A stretch of DNA of 64,000 nucleotides from Candidatus Woesearchaeota archaeon (GCA_038884615.1 JAWABL010000003.1:9038-73037); one strand, 5' to 3'; counted from the stretch's first letter, positions 46,423 to 57,236 are shown. Numbers and translations: made by a program. The notes: generated by a model not told the origin, from the sequence alone.

Positions 46423-47745
46423 ATGCTTAAAATAATGTCTAAAATGCGCATTGCAATATTCACTGACACATTTCACCCAGAAGTTAACGGGGTGGTCTTC
46501 TCAATCTTGAACTTTTCAAAAATTCTTGCAGAAAGGGGCCATGTAATAAAGATATTTGCACCTAGACACAAACACGATATACCGCTAAAACTGCCAAAAA
46601 ACATATCAATTGAAAGACACTATTCAGTTCCACTAGCAACATACAAAGATGTAAGCATCGTATTTCCAAACATTTTTAGGATAGTCCGCCGAATAAAAAG
46701 GTTTGCTCCTGACATGATTCATATTCATAGTCCATCAACCATGGGGCTCGCCGGGCTTTTTGCAAGCAAGACGCTGAAGATTCCTACAGTAGGAACTTTC
46801 CATACATTATTAACTGAGCAAACAACATATGTTTCACTTGCACGAATAACCAGATTTGACAAAGTAAAAGAAAAAGCGATTGACAAGCTTATGAGCAGTT
46901 TCCTAAATAAAGTTATGAAAAATGCTAATAAGAGTAAAATAAAAAGGAAAATAGAAAGACACCTTATAAGAAAGGTCAGACTAAAAAAAATCAAGAAGAA
47001 GGGAGACAGTAGGGTTATATGGTTCTTGCTTGCAAAGTTTTATAACTGCTGTGATGTTGTAACAACACCTACAAAAATAATTAGGAAGGTGCTTATCGCC
47101 AATCACATAAAAGCAAAAAAAATAAGGGTATTGTCAAACGGAATTAACATGGGAAGATGGCGCAGAAAAAAATGCTATAAGAGAAGCAACATAGTCATAC
47201 ATGTAGGAAGGATTGGTTTTGAAAAAAATATTGATGTGCTCATACATGCTATAAAGATTGTTACAGAAAAAAACCCAAAGATAAAACTTTATATTGTGGG
47301 CATGGGACCTGCTGAGGCAAGTATTAAAAGTCTTGTAAATCGTCTTGGCATTGAAAAAAATGTTAAATTTATTGGCAAAGTAGCGCATGAAAAGCTCTCT
47401 AGATACTATACAAAAGCGGATGTTTTCGCCACTGCAAGCACGATGGAAACCCAAGGTCTCGTAATTCTTGAAGCAATGGCATGCGGACTTCCAATTGTAG
47501 GAGTAAATAAGTATGCCATCCCTGAAATAGTCAAGCATGAAAGGAACGGATTTATTGTCCGGCCTTTTGACCCAAGTTCTATGGCTGAATGCATAAAACT
47601 CTTAATTGAAGATTATTCCCTTCGTAAAAGGATGGGCAAGCAAAACATAGATGATATAAAAGCACATAACCTCGGTGTGGTTGTTACCTTACTTGAAAAG
47701 ATATACAAAGACTGCATTCAGCATTATAGAAATAAAGAGAGGTAA
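46423..47745 (+). CDS. GT4 glycosyltransferase (resembles diacylglycerol glucosyltransferases)
   Basis: MRIAIFTDTFHPEVNGV, HIHSP, GTFHT, VGRIGFEKN, ETQGLVILEAMACGLP. Confidence 0.9.
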   Translation: MLKIMSKMRIAIFTDTFHPEVNGVVFSILNFSKILAERGHVIKIFAPRHKHDIPLKLPKNISIERHYSVPLATYKDVSIVFPNIFRIVRRIKRFAPDMIHIHSPSTMGLAGLFASKTLKIPTVGTFHTLLTEQTTYVSLARITRFDKVKEKAIDKLMSSFLNKVMKNANKSKIKRKIERHLIRKVRLKKIKKKGDSRVIWFLLAKFYNCCDVVTTPTKIIRKVLIANHIKAKKIRVLSNGINMGRWRRKKCYKRSNIVIHVGRIGFEKNIDVLIHAIKIVTEKNPKIKLYIVGMGPAEASIKSLVNRLGIEKNVKFIGKVAHEKLSRYYTKADVFATASTMETQGLVILEAMACGLPIVGVNKYAIPEIVKHERNGFIVRPFDPSSMAECIKLLIEDYSLRKRMGKQNIDDIKAHNLGVVVTLLEKIYKDCIQHYRNKER

Positions 47746-47840
47746 GCACTGTAGAAAGTTAGATTAAAGATATTTAATATATTAAGGATAGATTAAAATT
47801 ACATAACAAGAAGAAAATATATAAAATATTATATAAGTGG

Positions 47841-48668
47841 TTATGCTCTTTTTAGTCCTATTGCAAACAAGAAGGCTTTTCTAAGTAAAACCTTTTTTTT
47901 GTTAAGCTGTGCCGTTTTATAGCCGAAGTTATCAACAACCCTAAGCGGTTTGAGCCAACCTGCGTTATGAACCACAGGAATAACCTCACCAGATTTCAGG
48001 TAAAATATTCCTTTTTTGATGAAGAAAGGTTCTCTTGCAACAGAGGGTATGAAATTATATTTCTCGGACAATTCAACAAAGCCATGCTCATAGAGATAGA
48101 AGTTTATAAATAACTGGTCGGCTCCAAACATCTTTTTATCTATTTTAGAGAGAGTTTCCTTACAGAGTGTTTTTAAAAGCCTGCAATTCCCTATAATAAG
48201 TCCTGTGTTTATCATTTTTTTGCCTTGTATATAATTTAGAAGGTTTAAAAACTCGTGTTTTGTACCTGTCTTAAAAATAAGCAAAGATAGCTTAATAAAG
48301 CGGGATTGAATAAGATTTTCGCAAACGACCCTAAAACTTTTTTTATTTTCTTCGAAGAGGTGGCTTATATCCTTTTGAAATATGATATCACCACCATCAC
48401 AGAACATAATCTGGTCGTATTTTTTGTGCGTAAGGAAAGTAGCTGCATCCCTAAAGCGATTGATGACAATTGGACCATCATTTACACACCTGTAAAGTAT
48501 GGCTCCATGCTCCTTGAGTACGCTTCTTTGCTTTTCCGACATACCATAGTCAAGCACAACAACATCAATATCCTTTAGATTCACATTTGTGCGAAGCGAA
48601 AAAAACCAGTGATTTACAAGAAAATCGCCGCATTTTTCATCAGAACAGGTAATGATTGCATTTTTCAC
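47841..48668 (-). CDS. GT-A fold glycosyltransferase (GT8-like)
   Basis: VLDYG, FCDGGDIIFQ, INTG, ADQLFIN, YNF, VVHNAG. Confidence 0.75.
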   Translation of the reverse strand: MKNAIITCSDEKCGDFLVNHWFFSLRTNVNLKDIDVVVLDYGMSEKQRSVLKEHGAILYRCVNDGPIVINRFRDAATFLTHKKYDQIMFCDGGDIIFQKDISHLFEENKKSFRVVCENLIQSRFIKLSLLIFKTGTKHEFLNLLNYIQGKKMINTGLIIGNCRLLKTLCKETLSKIDKKMFGADQLFINFYLYEHGFVELSEKYNFIPSVAREPFFIKKGIFYLKSGEVIPVVHNAGWLKPLRVVDNFGYKTAQLNKKKVLLRKAFLFAIGLKRA

Positions 48669-48714
48669 GCTACTTCACACCGTTATTTGTTATAAATAGT
48701 TTTCTTTTTCCTAT

Positions 48715-48877
48715 GGCTGCGTTCAAAATCTCGTTTTCGGTCGGCTTACCATCATTGGCACTTTTCCGTTCAAATGAAAATATCTGGTTCTCCGTATGGA
48801 ACAACTCACCTCAAACCCATATATGATTCCTGAATGTGCATACGCGGTGGATGCTAACACACTTTTTGAACGGTGCC
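48715..48877. mobile_element. MITE copy 3 (163 bp, inverted relative to copies 1-2), hybrid TIRs
   Basis: GGCTGCGTTCAAAA ... TTTTGAACGGTGCC; 10-bp TSD TTTTTCCTAT. Confidence 0.93.
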
Positions 48878-48945
48878 TTTTTCCTATAAATCTTTTTTTC
48901 TATAACAAAATAGAAGCATAAAGTAGCAAAAGGAAGAAGGAGCTC

Positions 48946-49617
48946 TCATCTAACTGGGTTATATTCATAATTTTTCCTTAGAAAAAAGCCTTTGCACACC
49001 TTAAAAGTTGTTCTCAGAATTCCTTCCTTTTGCCAGCGTCTTGAAGAGGTTTTTATGAAGCTTTCAGTGATGTAAGCAAGCTTTCCTTTTTTTTTCAAGG
49101 CAAGCAGAAAGTAAGTGTCCTCACCTATCCTAAGCGAAACATCAAAGCCAGGAAAAACATCCCTGCGACAGAACATAATTCCTGATGCCGTCAAAAAAAA
49201 TTGTTTTGAGATGTTGCCTATCCACCAAGCGACTTTGGGAGCAACGGCGTTCTCAATTGAGGTTGTCTTTGTGGTTCCGCCTACATAGCCCAAGGAAACA
49301 TAATAGGAGATTCTTTCAAGGAGATTTTTTGCGATAATTGAGTCTGCATCAAGAAAAACAAGTATTTCGCCTCTGGCCTTCTCAGCACCGGTATTTCTAG
49401 CAAGAGAGACATTTGCAGGTTTAATTTTGATTGCCCTTACCCTACCGTCATTTATGGCTCGAACAACCTGATAGGTCCTGTCTGTGCAGCCATTACAGAT
49501 AACTATAATTTCAAAGTTTTGATAGGATTGATGAATTACAGAGTCTATACACCTGACTATTAGTTTTTCTTCGTTGTATGCTGGAATAATTACCGAAATG
49601 GAAGGAGAGGTTCTCGT
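48946..49617 (-). CDS. GT2 glycosyltransferase, probable ACG start (or a mutated ATG)
   Basis: The frame extends upstream of the tracked ORF: ISVIIPAYNEEK...EIIVICNGCTDRT...ARNTGAEKARGEILVFLDAD. It begins at TAACG, overlapping the upstream stop, after SD GGTGAT. Confidence 0.88.
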   Translation of the reverse strand, partial: TRTSPSISVIIPAYNEEKLIVRCIDSVIHQSYQNFEIIVICNGCTDRTYQVVRAINDGRVRAIKIKPANVSLARNTGAEKARGEILVFLDADSIIAKNLLERISYYVSLGYVGGTTKTTSIENAVAPKVAWWIGNISKQFFLTASGIMFCRRDVFPGFDVSLRIGEDTYFLLALKKKGKLAYITESFIKTSSRRWQKEGILRTTFKVCKGFFLRKNYEYNPVR

Positions 49618-50441
49618 TATATCACCATAAGAAAATCATTAATTATCTTAGAAAGCTCATGGGGTTTTCGTATGGGATTAAGATGGTCAGTACGCCTCAT
49701 GATAACAAGCTTTGCCTTTTCGCCGATTATTTTTTTTATATCACAAACGGCCTTTCTAGAAAGTGCCATATCCATATCTCCACTAATTAGCAAAACTGGC
49801 TTATTGATATTTTTAAGATGAAACCTTATATCAAAGTTAAACATCTCGGCGGCTATTGAAAAATAGGCGTCTGCGGGCGTGCATCTTAGGTCATGAAACA
49901 ATACAGTGAATGCGTTGCAACTACCAAGCCTGCTATAATCTATATAGGGGTAACTTTTTCTCTTTATTTTCCCCGTAAGCCATGCAAGTCCCTTTGCGCC
50001 AGCAACAAAAATTGGCGTTACTTTATCAAGATAAGGAATTATTTGATATTTAAGCGGATTTACTGCAGGAGTTGCAATAAGGACAAACGCCTTTGCTTTG
50101 CCAGGATAGAGTTTGTCGTATTCAAGCGCGACCATCCCTCCGAGCGAATGTCCGATAAGCACAAAATTTTTTATCTTTTCAGACTCAATAATTGAATCAA
50201 TATCCATTGCAAAATTTGTTATTGTATATCTTTTATTATGGTTCTGCTTGTGTGACTTACCATGCCCGCATAAGTCTATTGCAACTGAAGGATAGTTGCC
50301 TTTGAAAAAATCTATTTGATGATTCCAGACGGTGCAGTTCCCACTTATACCGTGCAAGAATATAAGATAAGTATTCTTTTTTCCTTTCTCAATCCTATAA
50401 AATATTTTTATACCGTCAAAGCTATCAATAAATTTTTCCAT
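49617..50441 (-). CDS. Alpha/beta hydrolase
   Basis: FLHG, DLCGHGKS, GHSLGG nucleophile elbow, ISGDMD, C-terminal His. Confidence 0.92.
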   Translation of the reverse strand: MEKFIDSFDGIKIFYRIEKGKKNTYLIFLHGISGNCTVWNHQIDFFKGNYPSVAIDLCGHGKSHKQNHNKRYTITNFAMDIDSIIESEKIKNFVLIGHSLGGMVALEYDKLYPGKAKAFVLIATPAVNPLKYQIIPYLDKVTPIFVAGAKGLAWLTGKIKRKSYPYIDYSRLGSCNAFTVLFHDLRCTPADAYFSIAAEMFNFDIRFHLKNINKPVLLISGDMDMALSRKAVCDIKKIIGEKAKLVIMRRTDHLNPIRKPHELSKIINDFLMVI

Positions 50442-50466
50442 AAAAGTAAAAATTATGCATCGTATT

Positions 50467-51564
50467 TTAAAGTTTATCATTTAAATACAGGAATTTTGCA
50501 GCCCATATCATACCCTCGTCAGCATGATAAAATAATGATTTGTAAGGAGTGCAATCCTGATTTAAGACCTCAAGAAAGTTATGGTTCTTTTCTATTATTC
50601 TAGCGATAGACTCTAAATGAATTTTAAGTTTGGCTTTGTCGTATAAAAGAAGTAAATCCAAATAACATAGCCCAATGTTTAACCAGATGGTGTTGCCCTC
50701 ATAATTAGGAGCGAACAGGTATGCAATACTGCTTTTCCGCCCCCCTGCCCTTGATTTTGTATATTTTAAAGGAATCGGCTTGTCAAGCTCCTGTTCTTCA
50801 ATTGCTTTTATGGACTTCATGACCATTCCTACATCAGAAAACACTCTGCACCAATAGGGAAATACATTTGCATCGCCGCTTACCACATTGCTATAAAGCT
50901 CATCGTCAAAATGCGTGCCGTGCCAAAAGTTTAGTTTTATTAGCTGCTGATAGTCGTATTTTGCAAGAGGATTTTTAATCCTAAGACTAGCAAGTTCCTG
51001 CTTGATCATCGCGGCCATGCAGTTGTCATAGCAACTACTACGCCTACTGCTGTGGTCCTTCATAGAGCTATAGCTCTTCAGATTGATAAGCCCTGTTTCA
51101 CGATGTATAACTTCACTAGCAAACTTCTCTGCCTCTGCCTCAAGAAAAGGCTTGTATACCTCTACCAAGTCATTTGCTTTTGAAATCCGGAGGCTGTAGA
51201 GTAAAAATGCAAGGCTGTCGGGTGCATATTTAAATACATCTAGAGGCTTTCCACTTGAAGTAATCGTTGTGCAGATTTTTTTGTTTGTAGAAAACACATG
51301 CAAAACATACTCAAGTGTTTTATGTACCTCTTCCTCATAACCTAAATGCAAAAGTGCCTCAATAGAGATACCAAGATCTCTCAAGTAGAATTCATTAAAA
51401 TGTCCAAGGCTTGTTTGAAAATATTTGCCGTTCCAACAGTCTTTAACAATTTGCTGGCAAATTTCTGTTGCACTTCCAGGATATTTCTTCCAGCCATGTC
51501 TTCTGACATTTATGCTTCTTTTAAAAATCCGCCACCCCTCTTTAAGATGCGAGTACCCAATCAT
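50467..51564 (-). CDS. Six-hairpin glycosidase-like protein
   Basis: EFYLRD, YAPDSL, SCYDN, GDANVFP, PNYEGNTIW, FLEV; fold inferred from the motif pattern and context. Confidence 0.6.
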   Translation of the reverse strand: MIGYSHLKEGWRIFKRSINVRRHGWKKYPGSATEICQQIVKDCWNGKYFQTSLGHFNEFYLRDLGISIEALLHLGYEEEVHKTLEYVLHVFSTNKKICTTITSSGKPLDVFKYAPDSLAFLLYSLRISKANDLVEVYKPFLEAEAEKFASEVIHRETGLINLKSYSSMKDHSSRRSSCYDNCMAAMIKQELASLRIKNPLAKYDYQQLIKLNFWHGTHFDDELYSNVVSGDANVFPYWCRVFSDVGMVMKSIKAIEEQELDKPIPLKYTKSRAGGRKSSIAYLFAPNYEGNTIWLNIGLCYLDLLLLYDKAKLKIHLESIARIIEKNHNFLEVLNQDCTPYKSLFYHADEGMIWAAKFLYLNDKL

Positions 51565-51742
51565 AAACAAAATAAAAAAAATATATTATAAAAATATTGT
51601 CTTCCGAAAAGATGGAATTTAGCATCCAAAAGCCGATATTTTATTTTTAATAATGCTAAATGAGCAAAATGAAATTGCCAACTGGGATTTAATAGAAATT
51701 TAATAGCAAAATTTATTAAACACATTGAGGGTTCATAATGGA

Positions 51743-52450
51743 ATGCCAAAGAAGTCAAAAGAGATATGGAAAGTATACAAGAATGTTTTTGATAATTTCA
51801 CAATTAAGAATCTATTCAAGCTTATAACACAGGGCCTTTTTGAAGGACTTGCTAGCCCTATAAAGATAGGCAAGGAAGCCAATATATTTTCTGCGAAAAG
51901 GAAAGACGGTTCTCTTGTAATTGTTAAGATTTATCGTTTGCATTCGTGCAATTTCAACAAGATGTACAATTACATACGGCTTGACCCAAGATTTCAGAAC
52001 CTCAAAAAAAAGCGCAGGGAAGTTATTTTTGCGTGGGTTCAGAGGGAGTATAGAAACCTTATAAAAGCGCGCGCGGGTGGCGTAAGAGTGCCAACCCCAT
52101 ACTCATGTGTGTATAATGTAATTGTAATGGAATACATAGGTGATGATGCTCCGGCGCTGCAACTCAAAGACCATCCGCCAAAAGACAAGAAACTTTTCTT
52201 TAGGCTTGTTTTGAAAAACATAAAGAAGTTGTACGATGCAGGGCTTGTACATGGAGACCTTTCTGAATTCAATATCTTAAACTACAAAGAAACACCAATA
52301 TTCATTGACTTTTCACAATCTACAACAACAGAAAGCCAAAATTCAAAAGAGCTTTTAGAGAGGGATGTCCATAACGTCTGTCGTTATTTCAGAAAGATAG
52401 GCCTAAAGGTAGATGAGGCTGTTGTCTTAAAAAACTGCAAAATGAGATAG
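51743..52450 (+). CDS. rio1: RIO1-family serine kinase
   Basis: GKEANIF, VKIY, VHGDLSEFNIL, IDFSQ. Confidence 0.95.
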   Translation: MPKKSKEIWKVYKNVFDNFTIKNLFKLITQGLFEGLASPIKIGKEANIFSAKRKDGSLVIVKIYRLHSCNFNKMYNYIRLDPRFQNLKKKRREVIFAWVQREYRNLIKARAGGVRVPTPYSCVYNVIVMEYIGDDAPALQLKDHPPKDKKLFFRLVLKNIKKLYDAGLVHGDLSEFNILNYKETPIFIDFSQSTTTESQNSKELLERDVHNVCRYFRKIGLKVDEAVVLKNCKMR

Positions 52451-52486
52451 CAAAGATTTAAAAACAAAAGTTTTTTCTTTTTGCCT

Positions 52487-53011
52487 ATGGAATATTCGTA
52501 TGAGCTAAAGCTTCCTAAGGACAGGATTGCAGTTTTAATAGGCAAGAAGGGCGAGGTAAAAAAGTCTATAGAGGAGGCTACGGAAACAAAAATAACTATT
52601 GATTCAAAAGAAGGCGATGTTGTTATCTCGGGCTGTGACGCAATTAAGCTTTATTCTGCAAAAGAGCTTGTAAGGGCGATAGGGAGGGGGTTTAACCCTG
52701 AAGTTGCACAGCTTTTGCTGAAACAGGACTACTGCTTTGAATCTATAAAGATTGACGACTTCTCAAACAGCAAGACACAGCTACCTCGGCTTAAAGGGAG
52801 GGTGATTGGTAAGGATGGAAAAGCCCGCCGCAATATTGAGGAGCTTACTGATACGAACATCTGCGTTTATGGAAAAACAGTCGGAATAATTGGTACCGCT
52901 GAAAACTGCAGCACTGCAAGGCGTGCAATTGAATCGCTACTTGGCGGAAGCATGCATGCCACAGTTTATAAATGGCTTGCAAAGAAAAAAAGGGAAGAAA
53001 GGTTGCAATAA
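52487..53011 (+). CDS. KH-domain rRNA-processing protein (Dim2/Pno1-like)
   Basis: [27 protein letters not shown]; conserved context between rio1 and top6B. Confidence 0.93.
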   Translation: MEYSYELKLPKDRIAVLIGKKGEVKKSIEEATETKITIDSKEGDVVISGCDAIKLYSAKELVRAIGRGFNPEVAQLLLKQDYCFESIKIDDFSNSKTQLPRLKGRVIGKDGKARRNIEELTDTNICVYGKTVGIIGTAENCSTARRAIESLLGGSMHATVYKWLAKKKREERLQ

Positions 53012-53012
53012 G

Positions 53013-54668
53013 ATGAGTGAAACGATTGCGCTTGAGCTTGCAAAAAAACAGAAGGAGATAGGTGTTGCTGAATTTTTCAGCCGAAACAGGCACCTGCTTG
53101 GCTTTGACAACAAAAAAAAGGCGCTTCTCACCACAATAAAAGAAGCCGTTGACAACTCCCTTGATGCTTGTGAAGAGGCAAGGATTCTTCCAGAAGTAAG
53201 CGTTGAGATAATTGATATGCAAAACGATCGCTATAGGGTTATTGTTGAGGACAATGGCCCAGGCATTGTAAAGCAGCAGATACCAAAGATTTTTGCCAAG
53301 CTTCTCTACGGCTCAAAGTTTCACACACTTAGGATGTCAAGAGGTCAGCAGGGGATAGGAATCTCGGCTAGCGTTATGTATGGTCAGCTCACCACTGGAA
53401 GGCCCGCAAAAATTCTTTCAAAAATTGGTCCTGCTGAACCGGCACATTATTATGAGCTTTTGATTGACACCAAAAAAAATGCGCCGGTCATTGTAAAAGA
53501 GGAGACAAAAGCATGGGCAAAAGAACATGGCACAAGGGTAGAGATTGACATAGAAGCAAGCTATCAGGGTGGAAGTCAAAGCGTTGATCAATATTTAAAA
53601 GAGACAGCAATTATCAATCCGCATGTCACAATTATTTATACAAATCCAAAGGCACAACAGATTATATTTCCAAGGGCAACAAGCGAGCTTCCAAAACTCC
53701 CACAAGCAGTAAAGCCACATCCATACGGTGTTGAGCTTGGTGTGCTTATAAGAATGCTTCAAGAAACCGAGTCAAGAACATTACAGAGCTTTCTCACAAC
53801 AGAGTTTTCGAGAGTTGGCAGCGGCACTGCAAAGGAGATATGTGCGACGGCTGCATTGCTCCCAAACACAGCTCCGAAGAGTATAAGTGTTCAGCAAGCC
53901 GAGAAGTTTTATAATGCAATTCAAAAGACAAAGATAATAGCTCCGAGTGCAGACAGCATAACGCCTATTGGAACCGAGCTTATTGAAAAAGGGCTAAAAA
54001 AGGAAATAAATGCCGAGTTTTATTGCAGTGTTTCGCGTCCGCCTGCGGTCTATCGTGGCAACCCATTTGTCATTGAGGCGGGAATCGCATACGGAGGAGA
54101 ACAAGACAAGGAGGGAAGCGTTAATCTACTAAGGTTTGCAAATAGGGTTCCATTACTTTACCAGCAGGGCGCGTGCGCATTTTATAAGTCGGTCGTAACA
54201 ACCAACTGGAAAGCATATGGCCTTCAGCAAAGCAATGGCAATCTCCCAATAGGACCATGTACAATTATGATACATATAGGTTCTGTATGGGTTCCATTTA
54301 CATCGGAGAGCAAGGAAGCAATTGCACATTATCCTGAGATAATAAAAGAAACAAAACTTGCGCTTCAGGAATGCGGAAGGTTGCTAGGAGGCTATGTAAG
54401 AAAAAAGGCACGCGTAGGAGAGGAACTTAAAAAAAGAAGCTATATTGAAAAATATATACCCCATGTAAGCATAGCACTATGTGAGATAATGGGTCTTTCA
54501 GAGCGAGAAGGCGAAAAAATAAATCTGGCACTTAAGGAGATACTTGAAAAGTCCAGAGGAAAACTTGATGATGTAGAGTTTGACCCTGAAAAAAATGTAG
54601 AATATGATGAAGAGTTTGCAAAGATAGGCAAAGAAGAAGAAAGTGAAGAAGAGGGAAACAATGACTAA
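53013..54668 (+). CDS. top6B: DNA topoisomerase VI subunit B (start revised to ATG 53013)
   Basis: [50 protein letters not shown]. Confidence 0.97.
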   Translation: MSETIALELAKKQKEIGVAEFFSRNRHLLGFDNKKKALLTTIKEAVDNSLDACEEARILPEVSVEIIDMQNDRYRVIVEDNGPGIVKQQIPKIFAKLLYGSKFHTLRMSRGQQGIGISASVMYGQLTTGRPAKILSKIGPAEPAHYYELLIDTKKNAPVIVKEETKAWAKEHGTRVEIDIEASYQGGSQSVDQYLKETAIINPHVTIIYTNPKAQQIIFPRATSELPKLPQAVKPHPYGVELGVLIRMLQETESRTLQSFLTTEFSRVGSGTAKEICATAALLPNTAPKSISVQQAEKFYNAIQKTKIIAPSADSITPIGTELIEKGLKKEINAEFYCSVSRPPAVYRGNPFVIEAGIAYGGEQDKEGSVNLLRFANRVPLLYQQGACAFYKSVVTTNWKAYGLQQSNGNLPIGPCTIMIHIGSVWVPFTSESKEAIAHYPEIIKETKLALQECGRLLGGYVRKKARVGEELKKRSYIEKYIPHVSIALCEIMGLSEREGEKINLALKEILEKSRGKLDDVEFDPEKNVEYDEEFAKIGKEEESEEEGNND

Positions 54669-55743
54669 AGTTGCTACAGAGATAAAAAGAATTGCAGACA
54701 ACATATACAAGAGTATAATGGAGAAGAAAAACCCACAGCTTACTGTTCCTATAAGGTCTTTGCAGAATGTTCGCTACGACCAAAATTTAGGTTTTTTTGA
54801 GCTTGATGGAAAAGTTAAGGAGAGGACATTGACAGCGTCGACGGTAAAAACATTTGCCCAGAGCCTCCGAATGATGTCCTTGTCAAAGCAGCTTGTAGAA
54901 ACGAACGATATGGCGACCAAAAGAGAAACATACTATGTTAGCAAGAATTGGGGAGACGCAAGATTCAATGAGCAGGATGAATCGGACATGGTTATGGATG
55001 ATATAGAAGCAATGATGATGGTTAACCGCGAACAGCTAGGATTTATCCCTGAAGAAAAAGGCGGTGAAATTGCTGGACAGCTTATTGTAATAGACAAGGA
55101 TCAAGAAACAGGAAAGGAGATTAGGATTGACTGCACCAAATTCGGCTCCGGAGCATACAGCGTACCAAGCAGCGTAGAAGATTTAAAGTTTGAAACAAGG
55201 GCTGAATTCATTTTGGCAATAGAAACAGCAGGTATGTTTCAGAGGCTTGTGAAGCACAACTATTGGAAAAAAGCTAACTGTATTCTTATATCCATGGGCG
55301 GTGTGCCAACAAGAAGCTGCAGGAGATTCATAAGGAGGCTTTCTGACGAAATGAAGATTCCGGTTTATGCATTTACCGATGGAGATCCTTATGGTTACCT
55401 AAACATTTACAGAACACTTAAAGTTGGCAGCGGCAACGCCGCGCATATAAACAAGTTTTTTTGCGTTCCGAACGCCAAATTCATAGGAATAACCCCACAA
55501 GACATAATTGACTATAAGCTTCCCACCCACCCATTAAAAGATGTTGATATAAAAAGAATAAAGGACGGCATAAAAAATGACCCCTTCGTAGAGGCACATA
55601 AGGAATGGAAAAAAGCTCTTGACTTGATGACCACGATGAAAAAAAGGGCTGAACAGCAGGCACTTGCGCAGTGGGGGCTTAACTATGTAATAAGCGACTA
55701 TCTACCACAAAAACTTAAGAATCAAAAAACATGGTTACCTTAG
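54661..55743 (+). CDS. top6A: DNA topoisomerase VI subunit A
   Basis: [38 protein letters not shown]. Confidence 0.97.
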   Translation: MTKVATEIKRIADNIYKSIMEKKNPQLTVPIRSLQNVRYDQNLGFFELDGKVKERTLTASTVKTFAQSLRMMSLSKQLVETNDMATKRETYYVSKNWGDARFNEQDESDMVMDDIEAMMMVNREQLGFIPEEKGGEIAGQLIVIDKDQETGKEIRIDCTKFGSGAYSVPSSVEDLKFETRAEFILAIETAGMFQRLVKHNYWKKANCILISMGGVPTRSCRRFIRRLSDEMKIPVYAFTDGDPYGYLNIYRTLKVGSGNAAHINKFFCVPNAKFIGITPQDIIDYKLPTHPLKDVDIKRIKDGIKNDPFVEAHKEWKKALDLMTTMKKRAEQQALAQWGLNYVISDYLPQKLKNQKTWLP

Positions 55744-55852
55744 TTATTATTTAGTTGTTAATTAGTTATTAATTACTACCTCATTAATATAGAAAAGAAG
55801 TATCAAGAAGTAGTAAGTAAAATTTATAAATGCTACAAAAGGCGTTTTTATC

Positions 55853-56809
55853 ATGGTTCTTGCTCATATATTCTGGTTTCTTTTGGCTTGTCTAGGGCTT
55901 ATTTTAAGTAGTATTGGGCTTTTAAGAAGCATTGAAAAGATATCTTTTTTTCTTAAGATAAAACTATTTATAATAAGCTTCTTTATTCTCGGCATAGGAA
56001 CAAGCCTGCCTGAACTTTTTGTGGGCATAAACTCTGCTTTATTAAATAAATCATCAATATCCTTCGGAAATATAGTTGGTGCAAATATTATTGACATAAC
56101 TTTAATTGTAGGCATACCAATACTCATACTAAGAAGCATAAGGATTGAATCAAAATCTGAGCGTAAGGATATTTTGTATATGTTTATTCTGGTGCTTCTG
56201 CCGATTGCGATGCTGTTTTTTGATAACAAGATATCAAGAATTGAAGGATGCATATTGATAGCTACATTTCTCCTATATAACTACAATCTTCTAAGGGAAG
56301 AAAAAGAGTTCGAAAAGAAAGCCAAAGAAGGTATAAAAAGAACCAGCATTTTTTTATATTTCATAACAGCATTTCTATGTATAATCTCTCTTTATTATTC
56401 GGCAAAATACGCTATAGATTATGCGGTATTTATAGCACAGGACTTGAACCTCTCACATATTTTTATAGGTCTTTTTATACTATCAGTAGGTACAACGCTG
56501 CCTGAGATGGTGGTAAGCATACAAAGTCTAATGCAAGGCAAAAGAGACCTTATGGTTGGAAATGTGGTTGGAAGCCTTGTAACAAACTCCACCCTAATAA
56601 TAGGTGTTGTCGCAGTAATCAACCCAATATATGTTTCTTTCTATTTCATGACCATACCATTTATATTCCTTATTTTTTCGGTGCTGCTTTTTATCGCATT
56701 CGCAGAGCACGGCAGAACAATAGGTGTCAGTCAGGGTACTGTCATGGTTTTCCTGTATATACTCTTTCTTATTGTTGAGCTTACATTAAAGAGTGCAAAG
56801 ATAGCCTAA
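55853..56809 (+). CDS. Ca2+/cation antiporter (CaCA, YrbG-like)
   Basis: Alpha repeats GTSLPE...GNIVGANI and GTTLPE...GNVVGS. Confidence 0.93.
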   Translation: MVLAHIFWFLLACLGLILSSIGLLRSIEKISFFLKIKLFIISFFILGIGTSLPELFVGINSALLNKSSISFGNIVGANIIDITLIVGIPILILRSIRIESKSERKDILYMFILVLLPIAMLFFDNKISRIEGCILIATFLLYNYNLLREEKEFEKKAKEGIKRTSIFLYFITAFLCIISLYYSAKYAIDYAVFIAQDLNLSHIFIGLFILSVGTTLPEMVVSIQSLMQGKRDLMVGNVVGSLVTNSTLIIGVVAVINPIYVSFYFMTIPFIFLIFSVLLFIAFAEHGRTIGVSQGTVMVFLYILFLIVELTLKSAKIA

Positions 56810-56868
56810 TTTTTTTCTGTAGCTAGCATAGCATAAAAACAGATGCAACCTAAAAAAGGAAGAAAAAC

Positions 56869-57155
56869 CGCCGCGAGAGGGACACTCACCAGATGCACGA
56901 ACATAAGATTCTAACCGACGACATATAGTTATTATTATGTATAATGCATTCCGAATTTGAACCCTCAATGCCTTGCGGCACAGGATCTTTGTCCGGTAAA
57001 GTAGGCATCATACCCACAATGACCAAAATGTTTAGCTGGGCATTCGCAAATGAAACCAAATCAAACATTTTGAACTCATTTATTCACGCTTGTTCATCTG
57101 CGAAAAAAGCATGTGGATAGCAATCCTGCGCTCTACCAGGTTAAGCGATCGCGGC
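56869..57155 (-). tRNA. tRNA-Ser(GCT) with two introns: 131 nt at 37/38 (56987-57117) and 73 nt at 59/60 (56883-56955)
   Basis: Spliced sequence GCCGCGATCGCTTAACCTGGTAGAGCGCAGGATTGCTA|ATCCTGTGCCGCAAGGCATTGAGGGTTCAAA|TCCCTCTCGCGGCG; long variable arm; G discriminator; BHB at the second intron. Confidence 0.92.
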
Positions 57156-57180
57156 TTGGTTTTTGAGGTAATTGGGCTGC

Positions 57181-57211
57181 TTTATAAATATTTTGAAGCA
57201 ATCTTTATAAA
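57181..57211. promoter_or_regulatory. Back-to-back TATA boxes for the divergent tRNA-Ser and tRNA-iMet genes
   Basis: TTTATAAA at 57181-57188 and at 57204-57211, each about 25 nt from a tRNA 5' end. Confidence 0.75.
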
Positions 57212-57236
57212 GAACCACCAGTTTCAAGCATAGTAC

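Noticed and set aside
56786..57068. Two 60-aa ORFs in the ORF track
   Set aside because: They overlap the intron-containing tRNA-Ser and show no protein motif or homing-endonuclease signature.
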